Shown here: positions 1 through 11,886 of the stretch, in pieces
How the letters are laid out: every line of letters begins with the position of its first letter
How positions within the stretch are numbered: position 1 is the first letter of the stretch
Origin: Octopus vulgaris
Taxonomy: Eukaryota
DNA length: 64,000 bases
NCBI GenBank assembly: GCA_951406725.2
Contig: OX597831.1
Span: 80,600,001 to 80,664,000, forward strand
Direction: 5' to 3'
Made by a program: the position numbers and the translations under genes
The notes under the pieces: model-generated
Databases searched by the model: none
The model's input: the letters and a program-made list of their open reading frames with translations, nothing else
Told to the model about the DNA's origin: nothing

Positions 1-414
1 TGTGTGTGTAAATAATTTGTGAAAAGAAATTTCCAAATCAATCAGGTGTAACCCTACAGCGTAATATGCATCTACATATCGTACTTTGGGGTCTTATTTA
101 TCATATATTTATACAGTTATCTATAAATATACAACACGCCTTATGTCTCCAAGCAGTCTCGGGCTCTGAGCACATGATATATTCTATTTCAAATTCAGGA
201 AGCTGATACATGAAAAATCATGCGAAAAAACAAGAAGGTAGATGCGAACAATGGAATGGTAAATGAAAACGAAAAAAGAGTGTAAAAGAAATAAAGTTAG
301 AGTTACGTCCCCTTTGATCGCAAAAGCGATAATTAAACTAGTTGTTGAAAAATAATTCAATGGAAAGAGGTCCAAAGACTGCGAGACAGCTGCTCATTTC
401 GGAGAGGGTGGTGT

Positions 415-720
415 CCTCCACTTCGTCAAAAGAAATTTGTTCATATGCTTGGATTTGCTGACAATTTCAGATCTGGAATTAAGTAGTACGATGGAATTCT
501 TAGACCTAAAAACAATGTGTGTTCCTTCAGCTACACAAGTTGTATTTCAAAGATCCATTTACTTATGATTTACTTATGGATTTCTTTGCGATCGTCCACT
601 TGACTGTATAAGGTGCGCAGCTGGTCTTCAAACCTTATGCAGTTGTAAAAATCTGCCTAGACACATGTTTCCATAGAAAAGAGCTATCAGTTGCTCAAAC
701 CTTTATGCCGTGTATGTTAA
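415..720 (-). pseudogene. Decayed C-terminus of a Penelope-like element GIY-YIG endonuclease
   Basis: Manual minus-strand translation across stops/frameshifts gives YTVKWTIAKK...NGSLKYNLCS...VLLNSRSEIVSKSKHMNKFLL. This matches the typical PLE endonuclease end (..KW.I...C.LC..E...LLN.RSE..SKCRH.NKFLL). Bounded by (TA)n at ~724. Confidence 0.7.
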
Positions 721-744
721 ATGATATATATACTACGGCACTTC

Positions 745-930
745 CTCGTTTACGAAGACGAGGGTTCCAGTCGATCTAATCAGTGGAACAGCCTGCTAGT
801 GAAATTAACGCGCAAGTGGCTGAGCACTCCACAGACACGTGTACCTTTAACGTAGTTTTCGGGGAAATCGAAACCACGATTCTATGACTGCGAGTCCGCT
901 GCCCTAACCACTGGGCCATTACACCTCCAC
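745..930 (-). mobile_element. tRNA-headed SINE (family D)
   Basis: Minus strand starts gaggtgtaatggcccagtggttagggcagcggactcgcagtc (A-box-like). Body matches copies at 63021-63410 and 61100-61345; heads also at 43462, 57738, 24456, 8938. Confidence 0.7.
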
Positions 931-1249
931 ACACACACACATACGTAAACACAGGCACATAATTGTATACGCATGCATTTTAATAGAGTGGAAATCGCTT
1001 TTATTGTGTTCAGCCGGTAACACAGCTTTCGTGATAATAATAACCAATTGAAAGCATTAAGCAGGTGAGAAAGCAATATCATGAACGTGTCTAGTAATCA
1101 GGAAGTTTGATAACAATAACAGTTTGATAACATTATATATTATCAAAATAGACAGCTTTTACTGTGGGAGTCTTTGGTGGGAAATAGGGTTGGCCGAGTC
1201 AGATCTCGTGAACGGTAAATTAAACAACTATTTGTTGGTATTGTATATT

Positions 1250-1687
1250 TGTGTATGTGTGTGTGTTTGAGTATGAGTGCGCATGTGTGAGTGAGAGAGC
1301 ATGGGGTAAGTGTGGGGGTGAGAGAGCGTGTGTACATGTGTGTGTGTTTGTGTGTGTGAGAATGTTTGCGTAAGCATGAGTATGTGGGTGTTTGTGTGTG
1401 AGCGTGTGTATGAGTGTTTGTGAGTATGTGTATGTGTGAAAGGGTGTGCGGACTGAGTGTGTGAGAGTCTGTGTGTGTGTGTGCTTGAGCTCTCGTGTGT
1501 GTGAGCGCGTATGAAGGTGTATATGTGTCAGTGTTTGTGCGTGTGTGAGTGTGTGAACGTTTATGTGCGTTCGGGTGTGTGTGTGAGAGAGAGTTATGTA
1601 TGTATATGTAAGCATGTATGTGTGCGCGTGTATATGTGTGAATGCGCGGCAGTGTTCTGCGTGTGTATGTCAGCACGTGTGTGCGTG

Positions 1688-1725
<38 letters not shown>

Positions 1726-2080
1726 CGCGCCAGTTATGTTTGAGCCTCAAATAGAATGCCTTGAGATATTCGTTCCGGTTCCCGACGCTCCGATTTCAAA
1801 TTCCACCGAGGTCACAAGTCATATCGCCTATTATCGATTCTGAATCGATAAAGAAAATGCTACCCGAATATCATCAGCGTTATTATACGACTACTCGATC
1901 AACGCTGACCCAGGGCCATACGACAACACCGATAATAAACGCGTGTGTGTATGTGTGTGTGTATATGTGTGTGCGTGTGTGTGTATGTGTATGTGTGTAT
2001 GCGTGTGTGTGTATGTGTGTGTGTATATGTGCGTGTGTGCATGCGTGTGTGTGTGTGCGTGCGTGCGTGTGTACGTGTGT
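1250..2080. repeat. Degenerate (TG)n/(TGTA)n microsatellite field
   Basis: Directly visible; produces the His/Thr and Cys/Val pseudo-ORFs. Confidence 0.95.
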
Positions 2081-2377
2081 ACGTTGCCAGTCTTCGCTGT
2101 ATATTCCTTAGGGTTTGAAAAAGAATACTGAATAATGGTTGTGGCCTTTTGAAACCCAAAATGCCGGAAGTACTTAATCCTTATCTAACAAACTCTTTTG
2201 TTTTTCAGTTATACCGATAACTGAAAAACAAAGCTTGCAAACCGCTCCCCGTAGTGCACCTGGTGCATGGAAGCCACTCCTTCACACACACACACACACA
2301 CACACATGCATATGTGTATGCGTGTTGTAGTGAGATCTTGGTTACAGTTAAGTCCAATCATCATCATCATCGTTTAA

Positions 2378-2690
2378 CGTCCGTTTTCCGTGCTAGCATG
2401 GGTTGGACGGTTCGACCGGGGTCTGGGAAGCCAGGAGGCTGCACCAGGCTCCAGTCTGATCTGGCAGTGTTTCTACAGCTGGATGCCCTTCCTAACGCCA
2501 ACCACTCCGTGAGTGTAGTAGGTGCTTTTTACGTGCCACCAGCACAGGTGCCAGGGGAGGCTGGCAGCGGCCACGATCGGTTGGTGCTTTTTACGTGCCA
2601 CCAGCAGAGGTGCCAGGGGAGGCTGGCAACGGCCACGATCAGTTGGTGCTTTTTACGTGCCACCTGCACAGGTATCACAACTACAATTTT
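2378..2690 (-). mobile_element. Interspersed repeat family C (SINE-like, (TGA)n tail, internal gtgcttttacgtgccacc subrepeats)
   Basis: Shared core ggatgcccttcctaacgccaaccact. Other copies at ~24780-25200, 25400-25735, 26915-27280, 27590-27898, 27980-28350, 31888-32135. Confidence 0.8.
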
Positions 2691-3059
2691 GGTTATAACT
2701 AAGTTGATAACATATTTATTGCAGCAAAGCATGCAGCCGTGCCAAAAAACGAGTATCACATGTAGGAATCAAGCAATGTGTCACGTGACTACATACTAAA
2801 GACTGCATGTCATGTTATCAACGTACATACATACACACGCGCGCACGCATGCACACGCACACACACACAGATTATATATGTATATAGTAGTTTACCCGTG
2901 TCATCAAAAATGCCAACTGTTTTGATAACGACAGAAAATGACGCATCAGATCTTTGATAGACACAAACTGAAAGAACAACATTGTGTGTGTGTGTGTGTG
3001 TGTTTATGTCTTTGTGACAATTATAGATGTTACCAATCGAGTAAATATATGTACTTACA

Positions 3060-3583
3060 CTTTCCTCTCTGGTCAATCTCTCATCAACTTCTTCAAGTAT
3101 CACTTAAAAAGGAAAGTGAGAGTAGAGAGGCAAGTTTTGTCTAGCGAATGTTTCAAAAAAAGGTGGGTGAATGTAGCAAGGATGGCACGCATGAATGACG
3201 AAGCCACCTTGAGCATAATCCTATGAACCCGGAATTTTAAAACAGAGGGTTACCTACATGCAAACAAATGTGGTAACATGTAACATTATAGACCGAGGTT
3301 ACCGTGGTCTTTTCCGTAGGCTTTTCTTCCCACGGATAAACCTTATCTGCTTCCCTCTTTACACTTTCCATCATGACATTTCTGTGATACACGATCCCCA
3401 TTGATCGTTTTTTTCTTTTTCTTTTTTTTCTTCTTTTTTCTTCTCTTTTTTCTTCTTTCCCTTTTACGATCCCTTTTGATCGAAAACCTAACCCACTTTT
3501 TTCTCTCCCCGCCACCAAAAAGAAAAGGTCTACTTTGTAATCTGTCCCGTCTGTGTGCAGCCCTGTGTGGCTAATAAAGAAAC
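3060..3583 (+). mobile_element. 5'-truncated L1/Tx1-like LINE 3' end with 13-bp TSD
   Basis: Open frame SGQSLINFFKYHLKRKVRVERQVLSSECFKKRWVNVARM...* then a 3' UTR ending aataaagaaa. The direct repeat atatgtacttaca flanks it at 3047-3059 and 3584-3596. Clade assignment is inferred. Confidence 0.7.
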
Positions 3584-3629
3584 ATATGTACTTACAAAGA
3601 ACTGAAGCACTTCGACAATCTCTTTCTCT

Positions 3630-4107
3630 CTCTTTTACTGTTTTACTTGTTTCAGTCATTTGACTGCGGCCATGCTGGAGCACCGCCTATAGTCGAGCAA
3701 ATCGACCCCGGGACTTATTCTTTTGTAAGCCCAGTACTTATTCTATCGGTCTTTTTTGCCGAAACGCAAAGTGACGGGTTCGTAGACACACCAGCATCGG
3801 TTGTCAAGCAATGCTAGGGGGACAAACACAGACACACAAACACACATACACATACATACATATACATATATACGACAGGCTTCTTTCAGTTTCCGTCTAC
3901 CAAATCCACTCACAAGGCATTGGTCGGCCCGAGGCTATATATCCATATACATACATATATACAACAGGCTTCTTTCAGTTTCCGTCTAGCAAATCCACTC
4001 ACAAGGCATTGGTCGGCCCGAGGCTATAGCAGAAGACACTTGCCCAAGATGCCACGCAGTGGGACTGAACCCGGGACCATGTGGTTGGTTAGCAAGCTAT
4101 TTACCAC
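3630..4107 (-). mobile_element. SINE family A (tRNA-derived head, internal TA/TG microsatellite, ~420 bp)
   Basis: Head ggctgtgtggtaagtagcttgc...ggttcagtccca, accttgggcaagtgtctt, and tail ggcggtgctccagcatggccgcagtcaaatgactgaaacaagtaaaag. About 20 full or partial copies in the window. Confidence 0.9.
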
Positions 4108-4527
4108 AATATTATCGTCCACATACGACACGAAACACCCACACAGATTCTGTACAGCTGTACACACTTCCTCTCACCACCCCTCAACTGTTCTGAGGAG
4201 GTTAATACTTCCCCATCTCCAGCCACCGTGCCCAGTTGTGCTCTCATCGAATATTAGAAGCAAAGGGCACCGCTTGCATGACGATGACGCAACTACCAGA
4301 CAAGGCCAAAGACAAGTGACAGTCAAACAAACACACACACATACACACACACACATACACACACGCACGCACATACGCACACACACACACACAAACGTAC
4401 ATACACGTATGCACGCACACACGCACATACACTCGCATTTGTATGTATATATGTGTGTGTGTGTATGTGTATGTCTATATATATATAATGTATATCTATA
4501 TGTATATATGTGTGTGTATACACATAC

Positions 4528-4578
<51 letters not shown>

Positions 4579-4774
4579 CATGTGTATATATATATACACA
4601 CACATATATATATATATATACTGTATGTGTATGTATATGTATACATATATTTATATGTGTGTGTATGTATATATGTATATCAATACTTGTTTAAATAGAT
4701 AGATAGATAGATGTACACATACATATGTACATATATACAGACACACACACACACACACACACACATTGTTCAAA

Positions 4775-4960
4775 TTTATAGAAAAACAAAAGACAAAGAC
4801 AGGTGTAGGAACAACAAGCGAGTGTATTAGTTTGACGCTGGGATAAATGGAAAAGTCTTTTAAGTTTTGAGCCTACGCTCTTGGACAAGAAAGGAATACG
4901 AGGAAATGAATAGAGAGATAATGAAAAAAAACATTCAGCGGTCCAACATAGTCACGAACT
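4775..4960 (-). mobile_element. Degenerate copy of HHR mini-element family H3
   Basis: Aligns to 44423-44608 and 50541-50690. Retains the gagc-gtag-gctc stem, but the core is decayed. Confidence 0.6.
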
Positions 4961-5387
4961 AAACTGACTGTATATATATATACATACATATATATATATC
5001 ACATATATAATATATCACACACACACATATATATATATAATTTACTGTATATTCTGTTAAGACCATATTAGAGTACAGTATTAAGTTGGTTCACCTTCAG
5101 ATTTCCCCCTGTGCTTTCCAGTTGTAGTATTATACATACTTATAGGTTTGTGTTTGGGCATCTGTTGGGTGTGAAAAGCTAACTGAAAAAATTTGGAGTC
5201 AACAAGGAGTACTTGCACGTCTAGAGAGCTACGTTGCGCGGAAACAACTGTAGTGATTGAAAAATAAATGTCCAACTGTGTGCATACTTACATATACATC
5301 TAAGTTGGTGATCTTGCTGAATCCTTAGCATGCCGGACAAAATGCTGAACAGCAGTTCGTCTGTCTTTGCGTTGTGAGTTCTGTGTG

Positions 5388-5632
5388 AGTAACTTCATTG
5401 ATGTACTTCTAAAACTCCTTCTTCAACATATACCAAGTTACACAAGAGATGACTTGGACTTTCTAAATCCTCTCCCGAGCACAACCTGCGTGGACTCTCT
5501 TCTTGCTTCATTCGATGCAATAAATCTTTAGATCTTCATTCATTACAAATATGGGAATAGATGCTACGTATATGGTTCTGGCTGGAAAAATTTCCTAATG
5601 GCATTCTTGACCGAATTGGAAAAGGATTAGAA
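5388..5632 (+). pseudogene. Decayed Penelope-like RT fragment
   Basis: Translates SNFIDVLLKLLLQHIPSYTRDDLDFLNPLPSTTCVDSLLASFDAINL*, colinear with SNFLDTLLKPFLKHIKSYVRDDIDMLNHLPKTVNEKTLLVSFDVVNLY of ORF 12595-14016. Confidence 0.8.
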
Positions 5633-6059
5633 TCCTTGCAGCCTTAATTAAACAAAAACTATTCGAAGCCATTAATTTAATGATTTCAAATTTTGGCGCA
5701 AGGCCTGCAATTTCGTGGGAAGTGGGTAAGTTGATTAGATTAACCCCCAGGATTCAATTGGTAATTATCATATTTTATCGCTTCCGAAAGGATGAAAAGC
5801 AAAGTCGACCTCTGCGGAATTTGAACTCAGAACGTAAAGACGGACGAAATGCTTATCAGCATTTCGTCCGGCGTGCCAACGATTCTGCCAGCTTGCTGCA
5901 TTAATTAAACAAAAAATATTTGAAGTCATTAGTTTATTGACGATTTATGTTGTGTAATAAATGAGGATACAATTTACGTAATGGAATTACAGATATGTGG
6001 AAACAAAACCATTGCTTTATTCAAGATCTTTGTGACAATGAAATGGAAACAAAACAAAC

Positions 6060-6101
<42 letters not shown>

Positions 6102-6299
6102 ATCGATCGTTTATTGCATTTTGTTTCCTGTGATTTTGTATTTTCCTGTGCCGTCTTTCTCCCCACCTCTGGATTCCACCATCCAACTACCCGTCCCCAG
6201 CCGTCGAGTCAGAAATAACATCCAAATTGCTCATAAAACACATCCAAGCATATTTCGAAATAAATGGAAGAATGCATGGGATAATGTCTTTGCTATCAT

Positions 6300-6900
6300 T
6301 CAGAGTCTGGTTTCGTCCTGATTTCCAAGGGGTTAAGAACCTGGGTGAGGTGATACAAAGCGTGGCCAGTCTTACTCAGAAATGGACCGAAGAAAAGCTG
6401 TCCCCAAAGGGTTGGGCAGAAATAGTAAATGCCTACATTGCTTCCTTCAGTTCACCTCCCGACCGTCGTTATTTGCCTCAGTCACCGCTGGATCAAATCG
6501 GAGTGTCTCTTATTTAGTTTCATGTGGAATGAACTAGTTCCATTGGTCAGGGATTCCATCTTTTGCCAGCGTCCTCACCAAGATGGCTTAGGCATGCCAT
6601 CACTGCGGATATACAAACACAAGCTGAGGCTGTGCAACCTACAAAGTTTTCCTGGATGGTGGACATGTGGGGCTTCCGTTTGTGAGGCACATCTTTCTGC
6701 AGCTCATTTCTTTAACGGAGCTGCAGTCCAGGGCGAAAGAAAAACTGAAACTGGACGCCTGGGCTTTAGAATATCGTCAGGTGCTCACAACCCTCTACCA
6801 GTCGGAAAATGGGATCACTGGAAAATTCTGCTTTAACAACATACAGAGGATTAGTGGCGGGGTGGTGTTGACATTATTGGGGTGACTCCTGGGCAACGAT
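6300..6900 (+). pseudogene. Decayed L1/Tx1-like LINE ORF2 fragment (post-RT region)
   Basis: KWTEEKLSPKGWAEIVNAYIAS...LFSFMWNELVPLVRDSIFCQRPHQDGLGMP resembles the W..R.LS..GR...VN...S / F.W...........GGLG.P motifs of L1-clade ORF2. Frameshifted. Confidence 0.7.
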
Positions 6901-7278
6901 GAAAACGAACAGACAAGTCACTCTTTCAAGGTCGATAAAATAAAGTCCTAGTTGAACTCTGAAGTCGATCTACTCGACTTTCCCCCTCCCCTCAAAATTG
7001 CTCGCCTTGTGCCAAAAATTCGAAAGAATTATAATTATTCAGGAAGGTCACCGGTACTGTTCATTCTACTATAGACACAAGTCCTGAAATTTGGTGGGAG
7101 GAGACTAGACGATTACATCGACCTTAGTAGTCAGTGTTCCTCAAAGTGGTGGTCGCGAGCAATCAGCTGCCGATACGCGACGAGTTTCCTGAAAAGAAAG
7201 AAACATTATAAAATGCGTATGTAATATTGTATTATTTGTTTACAAAATGAATATAAGATAAAAAATAATAGTCAAAAC

Positions 7279-8075
7279 ATCATTTTAACCACTTTATCCC
7301 ATGTCTACCTGTGTCTTCCTTTTCCACAGGTACCCTCTTCATTTTGAGAAGGGTACTTATTTAAGCAGCCGTTCCCTTCCATACACATCACACAATCAGA
7401 TCAGCACAGTTGCTTCTTTTGCACGCTCCATCTTGATGTCTTTTATACCAGTGCTACTCAAAGGGATGATCTGCAGACTGGTGCCGGTGTGCGGCAAGTT
7501 TCCAGAAAAAAAAGAAATATTATAAAATGCTTATGTAATATTGTATTATTTGTTTACAAAATGAATATAAGATAAAAGGAAATTGTCAACTTTTATTATA
7601 TTCAGTATATATATTGTTTCCGGTATAGATTAATATAACTAAGAAATATTACCGGTCCCTGGCCCTTTGATAAAAAAAAACTTCCTGTACGCCACATCAG
7701 AGAATTTGAGAAGCACTGTCTTATTACTAAATTTTACTCTTAAAACATTTCCACTTTCTCATAATATGCACACTGACATTGTACATCCAGCAGAGCATGC
7801 TGGCTTCATTTCTTTGAAGCGTCTGCATTGTAGCATAGCTGTTCATACACAGGCACCGTGCAATCTGTCTTTCACTCTAAGAGAGAGACCCTTTGTTACC
7901 AGCAAAGATAATAATAGCTCACTGAACTTTGCCGTTTCTTATTCCAGCAAATACACTTTCAGAGCAACCTCCTCCACTGCTGATATGGTTCCGTAAGCAA
8001 TGGAAACTATCCACGACTTCTAAGGATACCCCTGGACATTGAAGGAAATTTATTCCCTGTACATTCTTCATGTCC
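7279..8075 (-). mobile_element. Decayed RTE-clade LINE fragment interrupted by a hAT-like MITE
   Basis: Minus strand reads LQRNEASMLCWMYNVSVH, homologous to 26517-26905. Continues across the MITE to GTCGKGR..TWDKVV. Confidence 0.7.
7449..7718. mobile_element. hAT/Charlie-like MITE
   Basis: Termini cagtgctactcaaa ... tttgagaagcactg. A second 5' half lies at 7132-7277 and another at 26322-26514. Confidence 0.7.
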
Positions 8076-9039
8076 ATGGCATATGCGTATCTGCCACTCA
8101 TAATGACCACATACATTACACACACATACAAACACACACATGCATATACATATATATACGCACACATACAAACTGGTGCATATTTAAAAAAAAATTTTTG
8201 ATCCTGAAAAGATGAAAGGCAAAGTCGACTTTGGCGGAATTTGAACTCAGAACATAAAGCATAAATTTTGCCAGTTCAACACCTCAGATGCAATAAATAA
8301 TATTATGGTGGAATTTACAAAAAAAAAAAAACAAAACAAAAGAAACTGAGTGCAGACTGTCAGACACACTGTTAGCGGTCGGTGAGTGAAATTAAATTTC
8401 GTTTAAAAGTTCTCTTATTATTTAAGAGCTGATGTAATCCGATCTGCTGATTGCATCAGGCTGTCTCACTGTTCATTGCCGGCGACGACTGACCGAATGC
8501 TTCCAGACGTCTCTCAGCAATTCCTACACAACAGCCGTTGGCAGCAGACGACAGCAACACTCATTTAGACAATTACTTCACATTGGTCGCTCAAGGCCTT
8601 ACATTTGTAAAGAGGAGTGGGAAGAGGGGAAGGAGAGCGGGATAGTCACCGCTGCTTTCTTCTTCTTCTTCTTCTTCTTCTTCTTCTTCTTCTTCTTCTT
8701 CTTCTTCTTCTTCTTCTCCTCCTCATTCTTTTCCCCATGGAACTAACCTTGCCTTTTGTCCTATGGAGATTGATAAAACAAAATACCACCCCAGAGCAAT
8801 GGATTAACGGAATTGTGCGTCGGACAAAATGTCTTGCAGTAGACAAATCAATATCAGCTGACAAGCGGTGAAGGGGTGTAACGAACACTAAAACACACAC
8901 ACACACACACACACACGTGTGTGTGAGTATGTGAATCCGCATGGCTTAGTGGTTAGGGTGTTGTACTCATGATCGCAAGATTGGGGTTTCGCTTCCCAGG
9001 CTGGTAGTGCGTCAACCCAAGTACAAATGGTTAACCCTG

Positions 9040-9779
9040 CAAGAAGATGCTTCTTGGAGATGGCGTAAAACATATTCACTTTTGGAGAGTCTCTCTCAAG
9101 CTCAACTGTGGCATGGGAATTTTCTTCGCCCCAAATGCAAACATTACGCTTATTGACTTTACCATTCGTGTGAAATGTGGCCTCATCACTGAAAACAAGA
9201 CATTCCTTGAACTCGGCTTCTTCAAGATTCTCTTGCATATCAACACAGAATTGTTTGCACTTTTGCTTGTCATCTGCCATTAAGGCCTAAACAAACTGCA
9301 GCTTGTAGGGTTTCATTAGCAAGCAATTCTTCAGGACGCGCCAAACTATCGTTGGAGGAATCTGGGTTTCCAGACTTGTTCTTCTTATGGACTTCTTGGG
9401 GCTTCACAAGAGTTTTTGGCGCACCCGCTTGACCGTCTCTTCCGATGTTAGTGGTCATCCAGATCCTTTTGCCTTGCACAGACAGCCTTCTTCTTTGAAT
9501 TTTTCGTGCCATGTCCAAATCTGCAATGCTGTTGGTGACTTTTTAGAGAACTCTCTTACAAATGCATGCTGCACAGTTTTGTTCGACTGTTTTCGAGTAT
9601 ACTCCAACACAGAAAACGCCTTTTCTCTTCCAGTGAATGCCATTTCTAAAATATAAACATATCAAACATTAAACAAGAAATTTTGATCTGTTTCTACAAA
9701 TGCTGTTAAAATCTGGTCATTTAAACAAGAACTGACAAAGTTATTAGATTGCGAAATGATATCAAATCTTTTGAAACAC

Positions 9780-9782
<3 letters not shown>
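9040..9782 (-). mobile_element. 3'-truncated Tc1/mariner-superfamily transposon (decayed transposase)
   Basis: N-terminal HTH MAFTGREKAFSVLEY...W.EKFKEEG and first catalytic motif FSDEATFHTNGKVNKRNVCIWG. The terminus caggtgtttcaaaag abuts TA at 9783. Contains stops and frameshifts. Confidence 0.85.
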
Positions 9783-9854
<72 letters not shown>

Positions 9855-9858
<4 letters not shown>

Positions 9859-9942
9859 GGGCAAGTGTCTTCTGCTATAGCCTCGGGCCGACCAAAGCCT
9901 TGAGAGTGGATTTGGTAGACGGAAACTGAAAGAAGCCCGTCG

Positions 9943-10007
<65 letters not shown>

Positions 10008-10240
10008 GTATATGTTCGTGTGTCTGTGTTTGTCCCCCCCCCAACCTCGCTTGACAACCGATGCTGCTCTGTTTATGTCCCCGTAACTTAGCAGTTCGGC
10101 ATAAGAGACCGATAGAATAGGTACTAGGCTTACAAAGAATAAGTCCTGGGGTCGATTTGTTCGACTAAAGGTGGTGCTCCAGCATGGCCACAGTCAAATG
10201 ATTGAAACAAGTAAAAGAGTAAAAGAGAGTAAAAAGAGTA
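9855..10240 (+). mobile_element. SINE family A (5'-truncated)
   Basis: Matches the family A body and tail. Confidence 0.9.
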
Positions 10241-10241
10241 T

Positions 10242-10276
<35 letters not shown>

Positions 10277-10652
10277 CACTTGCGTCAGAAATTAATTAGC
10301 ACTTCTCAAATTTCTACATTAAATAGGTTAAATCAATTAACCTATGAGCTGTTCAAAACGTCTTACGCGATGAGAAAACTTAGTATGGTGTGATTTCGGT
10401 CCTTGGAGGCGCTACCTATATCTATTAAACAAAGGAAGATTTGTCTGCATCCGCACTCCAAGTTGTTGTTGCACTGCTATGTCAACATCATAAGGCTGTA
10501 GACTCTCAAACTGCTCTGCAAACAAAGTTACGTCATCGTTCTGCGCAACAGTGAACTCGCAACAAAGCAATAGTTCGAGATATGGCCACTAGGTGACAGC
10601 ACATACCTTGAGTGAAGAGCAAATCAAGGGTGCTAATTAATTTCTGACGGTA

Positions 10653-10655
<3 letters not shown>
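10277..10655. mobile_element. Tc1/mariner-type MITE in (TA)n
   Basis: 26-bp imperfect TIRs cacttgcgtcagaaattaattagcac / gtgctaattaatttctgacggtagtg, with TA on both sides and no ORF. Confidence 0.85.
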
Positions 10656-10699
<44 letters not shown>

Positions 10700-10801
10700 A
10701 TAAGATTAGCTCGTATACGAGTGGGTATATATTTGTAAAAAATGAAGTTTGAAAATGCTGCTATATTAGACAAATTTTAATTTTTATATATACATTATTC
10801 A

Positions 10802-10843
10802 TTTAACATGTTTCGGTTCTTGAAATGACGAACCTTATCAAAA
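10802..10843 (-). ncRNA. Degenerate type I hammerhead motif at the PLE 3' end
   Basis: Minus strand ttt TTGATAA GGTTC gtcatttcaa GAACC GAAA CATG TT aaa. Perfect stem II, GAAA and palindromic stem III, but the CUGAUGA core is damaged. Confidence 0.55.
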
Positions 10844-11305
10844 AAAAATTATATATAAAAAAGATAGTTCATGCTATCAAATATAAAAAATTCATATATA
10901 ATATTCAATAGAGTCAGACATAAATTCATATATAGTAAAGCGAGTCAATGCTACATGTTTAAAGAGTATGATGTAGTAGTTCATAGTGGTGATATGCATT
11001 CAATATAAAAAATTCATGTTCTTGAAAAAGCGAGGAATTCATTTTAGATTTTACCTTGTGTTCCAATGGGAGCAACTGTAATGACTTTTGGTTGGTGTCT
11101 GTTAGTATGGTGAATCTTGTGAATTGTTTGGGTTCTATATCAGTTCAGCTTAGCTGTCTCACTTGCATTTTTCACTGACGTCATATAGTTCCCAACCAAT
11201 CAAAACTCAGTCTCAACGAATATATCCTGTTAGGAAATCAACCAAGCAGAACGACAGTTTGGCCACAGAAGAAATATGTCTTCCTTGTTTTTGACGGATT
11301 GAAAT

Positions 11306-11670
11306 TTGATCTGATCCATGACTGTATCCTGTTAGGTGGCTACTCCAGCGGAACGAGACATCATCAATGTTTTGACCAATCATCTCGTTAGGTGGCTAGT
11401 CCAGCAGAACGGGACGTCATCAATGTTTTGACCAATCATCCCGTTAGTGCAGAACGAGACGTCATCAATGTTTTAACCAATCAGTATCGGGTCTGACTTA
11501 TAGCTGTATTAGATCTGACCCATGACTGTATCCTGTTAGGTGGCTAGTCCAGCGGAACGAGACGTCATCAATGTTTTGACCAACCATCCCGTTAGGTGGC
11601 TAGTCCAGCAGAACGAGACGTCATCAATGTTTTGGCCAATCAGAATCGGGTCTGACCCTTAGCTGTATCG
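11306..11670. repeat. ~57-bp tandem array with ~200-bp higher-order duplication in the PLE 3' region
   Basis: Unit gttaggtggctagtccagcrgaacgagacgtcatcaatgttttgaccaatca, about 5 copies, with degenerate copies on both flanks. Confidence 0.9.
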
Positions 11671-11886
11671 TATGTGGAAACCGACCAAGCAGGGTGACAA
11701 TAGCTTGCCCACTGAGGTAATACGTCATCAGTTTCTTGACGAATCAGGATTAGATCTGCTCGTAGAGATCTTTTTATAAATTTTTTTCCTTTCCCTAAGA
11801 CATATTTCTGTCAGTGTGAGTGACTGTTTAAGGCAGCGGCCGTGGTAGAATTTCGCTTCTCCTTTTCGGAGGACCAATCTTTTGTT

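Noticed and set aside
375-430. TTGACGA..GAAA motif at the end of the PLE endonuclease relic
   Set aside because: It overlaps coding sequence, has no UH cleavage site and no stem I.
11306-11670. Possible CRISPR-like repeat-spacer array
   Set aside because: The units are contiguous tandem copies without unique spacers, there are no cas genes, and the context is a eukaryotic retroelement.
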